The position numbers and the translations under genes were made by a program. Shown here piece after piece: positions 25,303 through 39,062 of a DNA stretch of 64,000 bases. The notes beneath the pieces were generated by a model. That model was not told the origin of the DNA. It made no database searches and worked only from the letters and a program-made list of their open reading frames with translations. The stretch is from Styela clava (lineage: Eukaryota), in contig NC_135256.1 of NCBI RefSeq assembly GCF_964204865.1, positions 11,222,001 through 11,286,000 on the forward strand, given 5' to 3'. The first letter of the stretch is position 1. The number at the start of each line of letters is the position of its first letter.

Positions 25303-26206
25303 CACATTGAAAATCTTGCTGCTTTCCCGTCCAATATGGAATGCTGTGGTGATAAAAATGTTTTCTTCGTTTCCGTCTGTAACGCCGGGTACGGCACTTT
25401 CGGGTTTTACGCTTTCCAGCGATAACGAACCCAGATGCGCAACTTAGAGAGCATTTTGAGCCAACTTTTCTTCCATTTGAACAACGAACAATGGTCCGCG
25501 TTGAAACAGGTAAAGCGGGGCAATACTGGGTGGATTTTGGCCCATATTTCGACGTTTTTGACCCGGCAATTCGCATTTTTGGTATCCGATGTCCACGAGT
25601 AATCCGCTCGCCCATTGTATTTTCGGAAAGCTCGTTCGGAATCGATCGTTTTGTTATCTCATGTGGCAATTTCCCTTGTAGATTTTTAGGTCGATCATGT
25701 GACCTCGACATTTTATGATTGAGGGCCACTTCCGGTGTATGCTGTAGCCAAATATTTTCGTACCGTTCTTTACTCTGCTTACGTACTGCGTTTGACGAAA
25801 AGGATTTTTCGCTCTTCACAATTCCAAAAGGCCGTGAAATCGCCGGCTCCACTTCAACTCGTTTAGGTTTGGGATTGGAATAGTGTTGAATAGATGGAAA
25901 GTTTTTCATTTCACGGAATATTAACGTGGAATCGGGGCCTTGATGAAAGTCCTTGAAGTGGTCAATTTGTGGTGATAAAGCGACGTTAGACGCGCGGTCG
26001 CTACCTTTGAAGTCAAGCGCAGTTTGGCTAAAATTACCAGTAACCACAAATGTTGCAGATTTGCTTGCTTTCGGTAATATTACATTGTCATATAAATGTA
26101 TTTTTTGTTCCTCGAATGCATAACATGTCCATACTCCTGTCGTTACCAAAAATATTACGCATATCCAAATACAAACTAGTGCCGGAATCGCAGAGCTGGC
26201 AGCCAT
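25303..26206 (-). CDS. Coding exon 1 of the secreted sushi/CCP-domain gene: signal peptide, long pro-region, first CCP module
   Basis: N-terminal hydrophobic MAASSAIPALVCIWICVIFLVTTGVWTCYA. CCP module CPALP..C..GSKCSLSCASGFVIAG..RKC..W..C. Donor G|GTAAGT at 25302 is phase 1 and joins in frame (GTT, Val) to exon 5734. Confidence 0.88.
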
Positions 26207-29200
26207 CTTTTGTAATAGTCCTTTACATACGGTAGATTTTCCAAACGATTAATCTCAGCGTGAGGTATCTTTCAACACTGGAGGTTATACGTAAATCCCT
26301 TTCCTTCAAGAGCAGAACTCGTCATACAGCAAGATATTTACCTAATGCTGTCAACACAAAGGCAAACATTACAGCGGTTCGCCGCGAAGTGTGTACCCAA
26401 CTTAACACTACAATTTAGAACTGACAATCTAACTTTCAGCGGGCGGGAACACCATACTGCGATGCACGCTGAATATATCTGACCACGCGCGATACAATTT
26501 CTTGATTTATCAAAGCCACAAGATACAACAGATCCTTTTGTTACCTCACACAATAACTGCATCGATGTTTGCCGCCATGTCAGGCCCGCCTTCATTTATT
26601 CGCCGCGGAACGCGGTGTCGGTTCAGGGACCTCGACGGCTGACTAACCGGCTTCCACATGTTTTGTTACAATTTGTATTTCTGTCGTATGACTTAATCTT
26701 GTCATGTCTTGATTAGTCTACAAAGTATAATACTATACGTCCTCTTGTACCTGCTTGATAATTACGTCTGACTATTTTCCGGAGTAAAATTTTGTCTCAT
26801 TATCGGTCGGTCCCTCGTTTTTATTGTGTGTTTTACGCGCGGTATTCCGACAGCAACTCAGCCACGCGTTGCAGCCGCACAAACAAAATATTTTAGGGTA
26901 TATGCTCAATAATAACATAACGATAGCCAATGATGGTTTTGAGCCTTCTGGGTTCGTTAGGCTGCGTAAAGTCTTATCTATAGTTTAGGTTGATTTAGCT
27001 TGATTTACGCCGTGTACTTCGCATAGTTGGGTAAAACTGATCATAACCCAACATATAGCTAACGAAAAATGTATATGAACCTGGGAATATTGGTTAAGAG
27101 AAAAATGAACCGACAGTGAAAGTTTGGAAAGCAGAGAGTGAAATTGAATTTCAGTTTTCATTTTCTCGACAATTTAGTATATCGAAGTATTCAATAGTTT
27201 GGAAGAAACCGACCGACAGAAAAATCGTTCTTGGTATTCTAGTTGATGAAGCCTTCTTTATATGGCTTTCAGACAGTAGCGTTTTTCTATTTCCTAAGTG
27301 CAAAATTGAAGCGATTTTTAAGTTTCACACGCTGAATATTCACTTGATAACTCGACAAACTGCCTTTGAATACTACAGACCACATCTAATCGAAATAGGC
27401 TTCAAAACCAATATCTATCTTCTGTCTCTTCTTAGTATATTAGAATTCATAATTGGAATTATTTCGGTAAGATTGATACGAAAGCGCTCCATTTTTTCGT
27501 GGCGCGAGCGAACCACAAGTTTGCTGAACGATAATTTGCGGCTCGGTCGGATTAGCTGTGTCACCATTGTCGGTCACACTCGCGCTTGTTTTCTCGTCTT
27601 TTGGTATTCCAATTACGACACGTGACAAAAGATGGTACTGCTGATATATATAGTTGAACTAAATAGAAAATGGCGTCTAACCAAAACACTTTCCTCAATA
27701 CTACAGACATCGCATAACAGTACAGTAACAACTGAGAACAACACGGTTCGAAAATCAATCTTATCTGTAAAAATAACAACCGCAGTGGTAACAAAAGCTA
27801 TGAATTATGAAACATTTCACAATAAATGATATTCTAGTAGTTCATGTATTTATCTTAGTCTGGTCTACTACGTATGGAATATGTACCTTACCGTTGATAC
27901 GTGGTCTAATTTTGACCTGTATACGATGCCGACAAACTGCTTTGTCAAGCAACGAAAGAGCGATGATATATTTTGTAAAAATTACAGTAAAATGTACCAA
28001 TAGGCCAAACAGTGTACACGATGAAATTGCTCTGTAATAATACACCACTGCAAATAAAATTACGACTGCGCGAGCAGAAATATTTACGTGGTTTTATACG
28101 CAAGAGCTCAGGAATCTGACGCAGCCCTGACGGTACAACACAAACAGTAACAGCGACAGGTTACCAGACGTAAGAATGTCGTCGGCTTCCATACAGCATA
28201 AAAAGTTGTTTGTAGTTATAACCACTTCTCCCTATGGTTTACGACTAATGCCTACAAAGCAAGCGTAAATACAAACAAAACGTAAACATGATAGTAAAGC
28301 TAATTCATATAACAGTTTCTGTCTGAATGCAACAAAACTTCTGCAACAAAACTTCACACAAGCTTTCACAACGAAGACAGCTGGTTTCGTTCAAAATATT
28401 AAATTCCGCGCCTCAGATAATTATCGTCCCATACATGCCTGAGGATAAGTTACGCAAGCGGATGCATCAAATTCAACCATGCTAAAATTGATGATATATT
28501 AATTTTTCTTAAAACAAATTGAAAGTAAGTGAAATTTTGTCGCAAACAGACATAAATAGCTTACATTTGGTTCCAATCTAGAGACAATATTTACAAGAAA
28601 AACAAACAGCCTCAAATATTAATAATGATATATCATAATTATTGTTTTAAAGAACAATGCTATCATATTGTATTGACGTGTATTATTTTACCATTATCAT
28701 TATCTGTCTCTGCGATGTATTATTTTAACAAAGCCGATCAAAAGACTTTTAAACTTTGGATAATCTGACCGCAAAGATTAATATTTCATCTAAAGCTATT
28801 AATAACTATACAAGTCACAATTATCTACCGGTACATTAGAACGGATAGTGCTGTATACTTATAACACGATAAATTTGAAAATTTGCACAGACCATCAGTG
28901 GACATATAGCCTGCGGTATATAATATATAAATGGACAACTAACTAACTAATTGTATAACTCAAATCTTCAAAAAATGAGATTCCAATTTTCTATGAGACT
29001 CGATTTTCCAATTGTATGTTCAGAACGCAATTTTAAGGTTTTATTTTAGCCTATTTCAAAGCAAGCTTTATGTTAAGTTTACTGCATATATTTCCTAGAA
29101 ATATTAGATTCATATCCAGGCGTGGTATATTATTTTCAATGCCATGTATGAAAAATATTATTACTCTGACCATTAAGGCCAGTGAGTGATAAATTCTCCT

Positions 29201-32200
29201 TTTCTATTCAACCACCATAACAGGCTAGCGTGACAGGCTGGTCTCGGGCACAAAGTTCACAACAGTGCAAAAAACCACAGGACCCTCGAAATACAGCTGA
29301 TTATACTCAAATAATATTCTAAGACTTTAGGCTCGAAGCTTTCATAACAAACAAAAATATATGAATTCAACTGATATTTACTAGTAATTCGTTCCAGACA
29401 CTTCCTTAAAACATCTTACATCACATTCCCTCGTGAGTTAAGCTACAATCTATTGCAGGTCTTCATGCTTCATGTGGCAAAAGTGCCGTACAGGTGATTG
29501 ATTTTATTCTCGACGAAAATACTGCAGCAACCAAGTTGAAATACTAAGTTTATTCAATGTATTATGTATTATTATTGGCTGGTCCTCATAATACACTTTA
29601 ACACGCTTATTTACCTCGGCGAAAACATTTTGCGGCTGCCTTGTTGACTTTTTTCAAAAGATTCAAATCTGATTATTTTCGCCGCAAGGGGTTTCCTTTA
29701 CCGCGAAGTTTTAAGAATTTAAAACTCGTAGTGCCGGAGCTTTGTCTGGAAAATTAATAAAATGAGATAGCTTGTTTGTACAAGAAATTATGAGATATTG
29801 TAAATTACACAATCCGTATGTTATTCTTCACCTTATAATAGGTTTATGATAACCCTAACTCGTCTCAAATAGATTATTTGACGGCGGTGATCACAAGGTT
29901 AATCCGTATTATAATACTGTATGTAACTCAGTTGATTTCATAAAATAGAATTTATAACTTTTATAAATGGCGTTTCGTTTCCCATACCCACGCGGAAAAA
30001 TCGGGAAAGTGACTGCATCGGTGAGAAATTCACTCTTACCAAGTATAGACCAAGAATGAGAACTTATAAGTAAGTACAAGATTCTGGCTAGACTAAAGCG
30101 CATCACAGAAAATCATCAATAACGCCATATTGGGAGAATTGTCACACAAATGAGAAGAATGATTTTAGAAATTGAATTTTGACAATAAAAACTTTCCAAT
30201 TTATTGAATAATGAACCAAAACCAGTATTTGTTATTACAAACCGTTTCAATACAAAAATTACTCTGTAGTTTCGAGCTAGAGCGAGTATTCACAGGAAAT
30301 TGATTTCACCGCGTGAAGGACACACTTCGTCTATCAATCAATCCATATACCCGCGTACATAACCAATCAAGCGCATATGGTCGAGGTTAGGATCTTCATA
30401 TAAATACCATTAATACTGAACAAATGCTTGTGTTGAAACGAAACTGAATAAATTTTGTATTGACTTTGGGACTGTGATTATAGGATACTACTTCCAACAT
30501 GATGTGTGGTCAATTTCATATAAACAGACGTTAATTCCACAGAGTTAATTCCCAAATCGAATCTAAAGTTAGTAAGGTATGTCGAGATTGTCAGTATGAG
30601 GTAAGATGAAAGGGATAAACGGAACTTCCACGTTTGTAACATTATCAACGTATGAAATTGCTTATAAAGAAACACAAACCCCATTATTGATATTTTTATT
30701 GAAAAACCCATTCACGAATCAGGTATTGAATAATGATGTACTGTTGCGGTTTTACCTTTATTGTACTCCTGTCATACGCCTCATCGCACGACAAACCTCA
30801 CTCCGGATATCCGTAAGATTCGCTTTCCGTTCCACACGCTCATGACGAGGTTAAAAGTGATTTGACGCTTGAATGCACATTCTTCGTTAAGCCTCAGCGG
30901 TGACCTTCTACAAAACTGTATGACCGACTAGGTATGAGACATCGATTTGATGTACCATCCAATCTCGTTTTATTTATGACCAATTCTGCTCTTGAATTTA
31001 AAGTGTCATGTAAAGAATTCGCCAGGTGCTTATTTAACGATAGGAATTTAACATTTTGTTGTGGATTTTTACGCTTCCGAAGCACAAATTAGAAATACGA
31101 GTCGTGGATGATTTGACACTGGCACTTAAAGCCGCGATGAATTTACACAGTCCGCGGAATGCAACCGCAAAGTGATTTGACCTACGCACCCTACATAGAA
31201 ACACTACAATAACCTTACTCCTGCTAATAAGTCAATGTTTTGACAGTCTCACAGACCGGCCATGATTATGAGACGACATTGGTCTGAATGATAAACAATA
31301 GGCATTGCCATACCACCTGGGCAGAAACATATAAAAATACGTATACACAAACGGTACCTCTTACAGTGAACGAAAAAATAAAAAATAATACTTCATCGTG
31401 TAACGTACACACTTTCAAAAACAAAAAAAATTAAGAAATTATCAGCTAATGTTTCTTAGACTTGAGTCATACGTTGAGCAGGAAATTCTCTTATATTAAA
31501 CTGTCATATTAAGCTTAAATGCAGAATGATAAAATAAAGCATACTATTTCGAAAAAATTTGTCATTCAAGATTTATGGGTGTTTTTTATTTGTAAAACGC
31601 TCCAATAAATCAACATGGAAATCTGTTTTTCTGAGTCCAACTAAAATAAATTGAATTTACAACAATTGTCCAGCTATATTCACACGAAAGCTGACAACCT
31701 TGTTTATCATTTTAACGGTCCGGAATATTTTCCAAATTATTTTCTTATGTTGACACAGATGTATAACTAGGAACCCTGACTACATTTCTTAACCACTTCA
31801 ACTAAGCGTACGATAATTCATCATTAATCTGATCTTTGTATTTCGGATAGAAAGAAAAACGCAAAGAACTTTATTGCATTTTTCATTTTAAGTCTATTGA
31901 TGCTAATAGGTTTGGAGAAAAACACTGCAAAACACTATAATATACATTAAGTATATCAACATATTCTATGAACTATACAGGGTTTTTGCTAATGGAGATC
32001 GTGTCAAATCATCACTCATATTATTTTTCAAAAATGCCGTCATATTCCTGAGTTTTCTAGTTTGTAACGAATTCGATGAACCTTGGTTGTAGCATGCTAA
32101 AAGTTCCCGCTTTCATATATGCTTATTCCGGGCAATTGTATAAAAAGACCACATTAGAAGTATATTTATTATTAAATGTATACATGAGACATTGCCACAC

Positions 32201-35200
32201 TTTTTCCTTTACCGGTGCTGACATGAAAAAATAATTTTAAGTATTATCTATTACATTGTTGATATAACGGTATATTGTATGATGTATGTATTTTTTATAT
32301 ATTATCAAACATACGTATTAAAACATTGACGCATGCTCTGGTTTTATATGAAAATTTTATGATTTTTATCAATCAACGGAATGTGATAATTTGCATAATT
32401 CAAGATTTGAGATTAAGAAAATGGAACTCAAGCTAGGGTTCAACATATAACACTGTAGTCAAACACGTTTGTGTACGTGGATTCATCTTTTCTCGTTACC
32501 TCGTAAGTTAGATTACAACCCTGCTTCACCACAGGGAACAAATGATTGATTGATTGTTGTTTTTTCGTTTTTCCAATCACGTGCATTTTGTAAATTCATT
32601 TTCACGCTTGAAAATACATAAATGAATGTTACTTTTAAATTTTTCTATTTCAAGTAACCTTTAGTTTCCTAAAACATAGTTTCAAGCTGTTGTTTCTATT
32701 CATTTCAAATTAGGCGCATTCTTACGTGATCGTCAGTCACGAAGATAGATCGTTAATCCAATTACTAAATACGGAAGCGTGCTAATTTGTCATCCACTCC
32801 ATTTTTCAAATCAACAATTTTTCGATGATGATAAACTCGTTTCAAAATTGTTTGCTTGCTTGAAATTGTCATCAAAATACTTGTCCTGCGTAAAAGACAC
32901 TAAACACGACTCGACGATTCTGATTTTTCTGTTCGATCCGAACCAATGAATGTCCCATACGCAAAGATAATTTTTGGAGGTATGAACCCCTCATGATTTG
33001 TTCAAAAAGAATACATTTTTATTCACGAAAACAAAACAATCATGTCATCAAAAGTTAAATATGAAAAATACTCAATTGATTAAGTCCAAGCCCCTAATGC
33101 ATAGTCTGCGGATCGCTGCAAACGCCAATTTTAGGTCGAGTTAAATTGTCAAAATTTTGATCTTCAAGCTACAATAATCATTGCATTGTTTGTTACTGCT
33201 AACGCAATTGATTTACAGATGTGACACTATTTATAATTTGTATCCGTGGAAATTTATGAGTAAAATTTTTGGCTTTTATTACTAACAGATTTTTCCATAT
33301 CCTAGTAATAAAAATCCCCTTTCGTACTTTACACCTTTAGGTTTTCCATACGAATGCTTCGAACATTGTAATTATCAATAATTGCTACGTATTATGTATA
33401 ATTTCAAATTATAGGAACCTAATTGGTTTTATTTTAAGTTATGTGATCTCATCTATTATAGCTCAGTTTAGTTCTGTTACTTATCGCAATACTAAGTTTT
33501 AATCGCGATATTTTCACAAAAACACATGCTCATTCTCTCTGTTACAATTTCAAATGTATATTTTACCAGACTTTTACAAAGGATAGAAAGATAGGAATAT
33601 AAAAGAAAGGCACTAGGCTTAAAATGATGACGAAGTATATTAGGATGGAGGAAATTTCATTCCTACCGATATAAGAAATATGATAGGCTAATGGCTGATC
33701 AAAAATTTCCTAGTCCTTACAATAGTGATTTGCTATCAATTTATCGGTCTATTTTTGGTTTACACTGGACTAAAAAAGCATTCCCACATCTTTCGCAAAC
33801 TTTATCCTCGAAAAACGTTTAAATGTTCTAATCTTTGATTTAATCGAAAACCTTCTATTTTTCTTGCTTTATTATCATTTATACCTATGGTATTTTATAT
33901 GTTACATAACCATGGCCCAAGTTGATTATAAACGTAATACAATAGCGACGATTCCATGACAAAGGGTAATAATGACTGCAATAGGTAATGACGTGAAAAT
34001 TGTCGAAAATTGCGTTTAATAATAACTATGCTTACGTCAGATGTTATCACTTTTCACTATATACTAAAATTAAAGCTTGCTTTTGTATTGGCATCGAATC
34101 GCTACACTGGAGGTAATTCAATGCATGTTTAAACATAGAGGCGGGTGTCTTTGTGTCATCATTTTGATATTTTCACGCAATCACATATCTGAAGGTCAAT
34201 GTGAGTATGGAGTCATACCTTCTGCAATTCAATAAGTGGATTTTGTCGAAGCGTAGACCAAGTATGGGCCATACATGTCAACACACGATTCATGCCTGAT
34301 ATAAAAATTCACAACGATTCATTTAACTATTATTATTATTTTAAATTACAATAAAAACACAAGAAACGCACGGAAATTTTGTTTTACTCTATGTGGTCGA
34401 CTTTAATGTACCTCATTGTGAAGATAAAACTCTGAATAGGTAGGTCGCCTTTTAAACGTTGATTTGAAAAGCTTACACGTTGTTAGAAAAATGTTTTTAA
34501 AGTGGCGGTGTCGTGCGCCAAAGCGACTCACGCTTTTAAATACACAAGTGTAACCTCTACCAATAGCATGTGTTTTCAAGACCCCACGCGCGAAGAACGA
34601 AGACCTCTGACGTCGGGTCGTTCCGGTCACACTTAACCCCGCCTGGTATTGTCAGCATTAGATATTGCTTACACTAGATATCAGCTACCACTTATACAAA
34701 AATTCAGTGCCGTTAAACAATTTTTCCGTGTAATTAAATCTACGATATTACGCCAAACGACCACCAGACATCCAACCTATATTTATCCTTGGACGCAAAC
34801 TGATTATCGACGAAACTCACATTACAGTACTGCGTTTTGTAACATACTCGTCTGGGTTAGTGGAGAGCAGGGGTTGTTGTTCAAGTCAGACGTCATAGGT
34901 ATTATTATGCATCTGATCTATTGGTGTTGGCATACAAGACCAAAAACCATCTGAGAGTTGATCCTTCCATGGGAAATACACCCAATACACTATAAACAAA
35001 CACAGCAACAATACAAAACAGAAGGAAAGCCAATCCCTCTTGACGGGTGGCGCCACATAATGTCTTGTAATACACACTAAATCCCAAACCAAGAGGCGCT
35101 GACAAGTGCGACTTCGGTTCCTTGCGGTACCGACCCTTGTTCTCCGACCCGCCCTTCCGGAATAAACAGTGCTTACTCAGATTGTACTGGATTATTTATA

Positions 35201-36629
35201 TGTGTCAAGATAAGTAACGCTTCCTCAGGGCCATGGGAAGATGACATACAACATTCGTTTCTATGGCTAAAAGAAAGCTTCAAATAAGATTGACACGGAA
35301 TACAGAAATAGGTTAAAATGCGCAACAAATCATCTTTCATTTAATCAGAAGTCAGAGAAACTCGGCTCAGAAAGCAACCTTGATCAAGTAAAGTCAGATA
35401 TTATTTCAAGCATACCTCAATCATAATAAAAGTTCACCCGTACAAATCGCCTTAATATTTTCGGCTATTGTGACGGCACATCAGATCACACTCACTGTTT
35501 TGATTTTTACGGTCTACGACTTGGCGACAATATCGGTAGCGGGTCCATCTGTGTCAGTATGAAAGCACAACAATCAATTGACGGCGTCGGCAAAGTCTCT
35601 TTGATGTTCGTACGTCGTTAAAAAGAAGTAGGAAAACTCAATAAGAAATACGAATAAGTGGAATAATTCGACCTTCTTTCTAAATGAGATAAGAAGGCGA
35701 TACCGAAATACGCCGCTCGTATTTTACTCGAGTGAAACAACACGACGTACAAAAGAGAAGGAGGTATTCAATTTTGGATGTATTTACAACAACAAAAGGT
35801 CAAGCCCTAAGAAGAGTTTCCATGAATTGAATCATCTTTGCAATTATATACTATTTCTAACGCTGGTCTATATTTTCTCCTATTGTCCTGATTTGAAGAG
35901 AAATTCAAAGATTTTACAACGACGAATAATAACGAGATATAAAATACATGCCGGGACTAGGCTACTGTGAATAATTGGATCAAACGATATAACTAAAAAC
36001 GCCGGTTTTGGAGTCGCCACAGTCTTAAAAGTCATTCCAATGTGGCTCCATCCATTACCGAAAATAATGCATTCGTCGAATCCTTCCCTCGACCGAATAT
36101 CGACAGTTTTTGGCAAATCAAAAAATGAAACTTCCAAATATTGACTCCTTTTGGGTGCATGTGAGACCTATGTAACGCAACGAACAAATTTTTTTTGATA
36201 AAATGCAATCAATCAGCAAATAAGTTTAATTTTCTAGTAAGGAATAGCTCCGAATTGCCCCAAGCAACCAAGCAAATAATATGATATAACCAATGAAAAA
36301 GATCGAACAGACGACGGTCACAAAAATTGAGCAAAAAATACCATTTTTTGAATAGGGTGGCTGCGACAACCGCGAATGTAGTTTAGCGAGAACGAATTAC
36401 TACGAGAAATCAGTTTCGCATAAACGTACATTAGCAGAAACAAAATTTTGCGCGATCGTTTTGTTTGCGAGAGTGTTTATTGTTATTGAAAGGAACGAAC
36501 ATTTGTGCGACTCAGTTTTGCGAGAAATCTTTTAAGAACCATGAGCCTGTACGAACTGTTGAGCGAGCGAATAGACTTTCGGAAGAATATAGCGTTGCTG
36601 GCAAGGAAATGTAATGGGGGGAAATCTCT

Positions 36630-36937
36630 AATTGACTCCGATACTCAAATTCGGGTTGATAGCTCCAGAGTCCAGTTTGATGACAATTTCGTCTCCGACT
36701 TCAGTTCCGAACTCTTCAAGAAATTAAATTTGCATAATAAAAACTTTGGCGTATATGCAAGCCTTCTTTATAAACTATTCGGAAAGGTTTAGAAAACTTT
36801 ATATTTTTCACTAGTTCATGTAGAAAATTTCGATTATCACCATGAAAAGTATGAAATTTTGTTTCCGACTCCGGAGAGTTTGAAAATATTACTTCGACAT
36901 CAATGAAAATACGCCACCCTCCGACTCCGCAGTTCTG
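36630..36937. mobile_element. Partial hAT-like MITE with CTCCGACTCC subterminal repeats
   Basis: Repeated CTCCGA/CCGACTCC motifs end in CTCCGACTCCGCAGTTCTG. No left TIR found. Confidence 0.4.
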
Positions 36938-37479
36938 GTCGCAGGAACGTAATTTTGCGCTGCTTTTTTTGTGAGAACCGCACTATCTTGACAAACATTA
37001 ATTTTTCATAGTTTGTCAGAGTTTTCCGACAAAGGAATTACCGTGGTCATTGGTGGAATGCTAAGCGTTACGTAACAAGATAACAACTTTATTCGGTTAT
37101 TTGTTTATGTAATTGCGTAAATACAATTTAATTTTTACATTGGATATGGGATTATCATATTTGAGCAACTGCATGATGACTCATTTTCCACGGGGCTATA
37201 AACTTATATATAAGCAGATACAGTTTAAATATGAACTGAAAATATTCAAATTGAGTGTATTTTGCAATTTATTATTACTGTTTATACGACAATATAAAGA
37301 AATAGTACACTATTGCTGAAAATTATGCGTCATAATGTCGTATAATAAAATGTAGCAAATGTGAACTAACTTTATGAATGTTATAACTACTGAATTTGAC
37401 CACAACATATACATAACAAGATAGAATCAATTGTTACCATTACAGAATACAAATATACTCGTACATATATCAATCGAGG

Positions 37480-39062
37480 TTATTTCTGTTTAAGTTGCTG
37501 GATATCCTCTTCAATACTTTGACCTTGTTCCAACTTCTTTTCACATTCGATCATAAATTCGACTCCATCCACAACCATTTGTACAAGTTCGACTTCAGAG
37601 AATCCGAGACGATCAGCATTCGAAATATCAAAGGTACCTCCTTCAGCTGCAGTGTCAACGCCGCCTGTACCACGTTTTTGCAAACGAAGTTTCTTAAGAA
37701 CTTCCTCGAATTTTGGTTGTTGAGAAAACAGTGGAATCTTCAAGTGAACACCAGCACGAACTCCTGTGCCCAGATTACTTGGACATGTAAGAATGTAACC
37801 AAGATGTTCATTCCACATGTATTCACGCCCGAGATCTTTCATATGCTTTTCAATCTTGAAATGAGAAAATATATGAATGACCAATTCATTCGAAGTATAT
37901 AATGGTGAACGCTTCCGTAAGCCAACTTACATCTCCTAATCCTTGACACCATCGGGTGAAGACTTCTTTCATGTTTCCACCTTTCTGCATTGAAATCACT
38001 CTTAGATGATCTTCCTCATTTACCCAAACAAGGAAGTTCTTCTTGTCGTTGTGCCTGAGTTTTATGAATAATTTTTATTTAAAGAAATTTTTTTTCAATT
38101 TTGAGTTTTTAGGAAAGTGCACTATTTACCATATTCCTCTTGCATCGGGCCAATCGCGCGCCATTCCAGCGGAGAGTAACAACGGTGAAACAGGTTTATC
38201 AAAAAGAAAATGATCATCTATTAATTGCTCTTGTTCCTTATCTGTCATTTTTGAAAGCGGATAATATTTTCCGTTTAGTTCACCACCGAGTTTTCCGAGA
38301 GCTAAAAATGAATAACACCGCTTTTAATTACTGTAAATTTGCAAATTTAATTCACAGTAGGACATGGATTTTACCTTTACAAGATATTTCTTCCACTTTT
38401 CGTCTCTCTGCACGGCTACAATGTGGTGGAAGACACAAACCTCTGATACTTCTTCCAGTTCGTACACGAGATGAAAGAACGTATTTTTCATCCAAGCAAT
38501 CTCCTCCCTAAAATAGCATGTTGAAATCATACTGCATTATGAGGCAACAGCAGTTTGAAATTAATACCGATTATTCTACTGACAGACACAACTAAACAAA
38601 TTTAACGTTTCAATTTTTAGTCGGATATTCTACCTTTAAATGTTCTGGATTGAGATCTGTCTTATGTTTATCTGTTTTCTTATATCCGTTGTGTCTGGCC
38701 TGAATCACTGGATCAAATAATTCAGCGAACGTTTCATACGACTCTTCATCTCCCGCTACACATCCGACAGTCATGATGAATGGGTGGCCTGAGAAAAGCA
38801 TTAAAGTGTGTAAGTATCCAAATGAATATAATGGACAGATTTTGTGAAAAATTTAAAAAAAATAAGTGAGTATTGAGTGTTTACCTGGATTATCGACTCC
38901 AGTTTGGATAACGTTATCGATACTGAATCCATTCTGAGTTTGGCGAGATCTCATTTTCTTGTAAATATCTTCAGTCAAGCATTTTGCCATGTGATTATTG
39001 TGCTTTGATAAATCAGGAAGCTCTTCTTTTGCTGTGTATTTCGTAGTGTTTGTGTTCGGCAT
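37480..39062 (-). CDS. Creatine kinase, cytosolic type (CKM/CKB-like); 6 coding exons, 378 aa
   Basis: Exons 39062-38885, 38788-38634, 38507-38375, 38301-38130, 38054-37931 and 37854-37480 are all GT-AG and in frame. Motifs [46 protein letters not shown] and GTGGVDTAA. No mitochondrial presequence. Confidence 0.97.

Noticed and set aside
27116-27625. 169-aa plus-strand ORF
   Set aside because: GTG start, no domain signature, and composition typical of a chance or antisense ORF.
36340-36600. Degenerate GCGAGA/TTTGCG periodic motifs
   Set aside because: No stable period or boundaries; probably a decayed TE interior.
37495-38511. Plus-strand ORFs of 135 and 123 aa
   Set aside because: Antisense shadows of creatine kinase exons.
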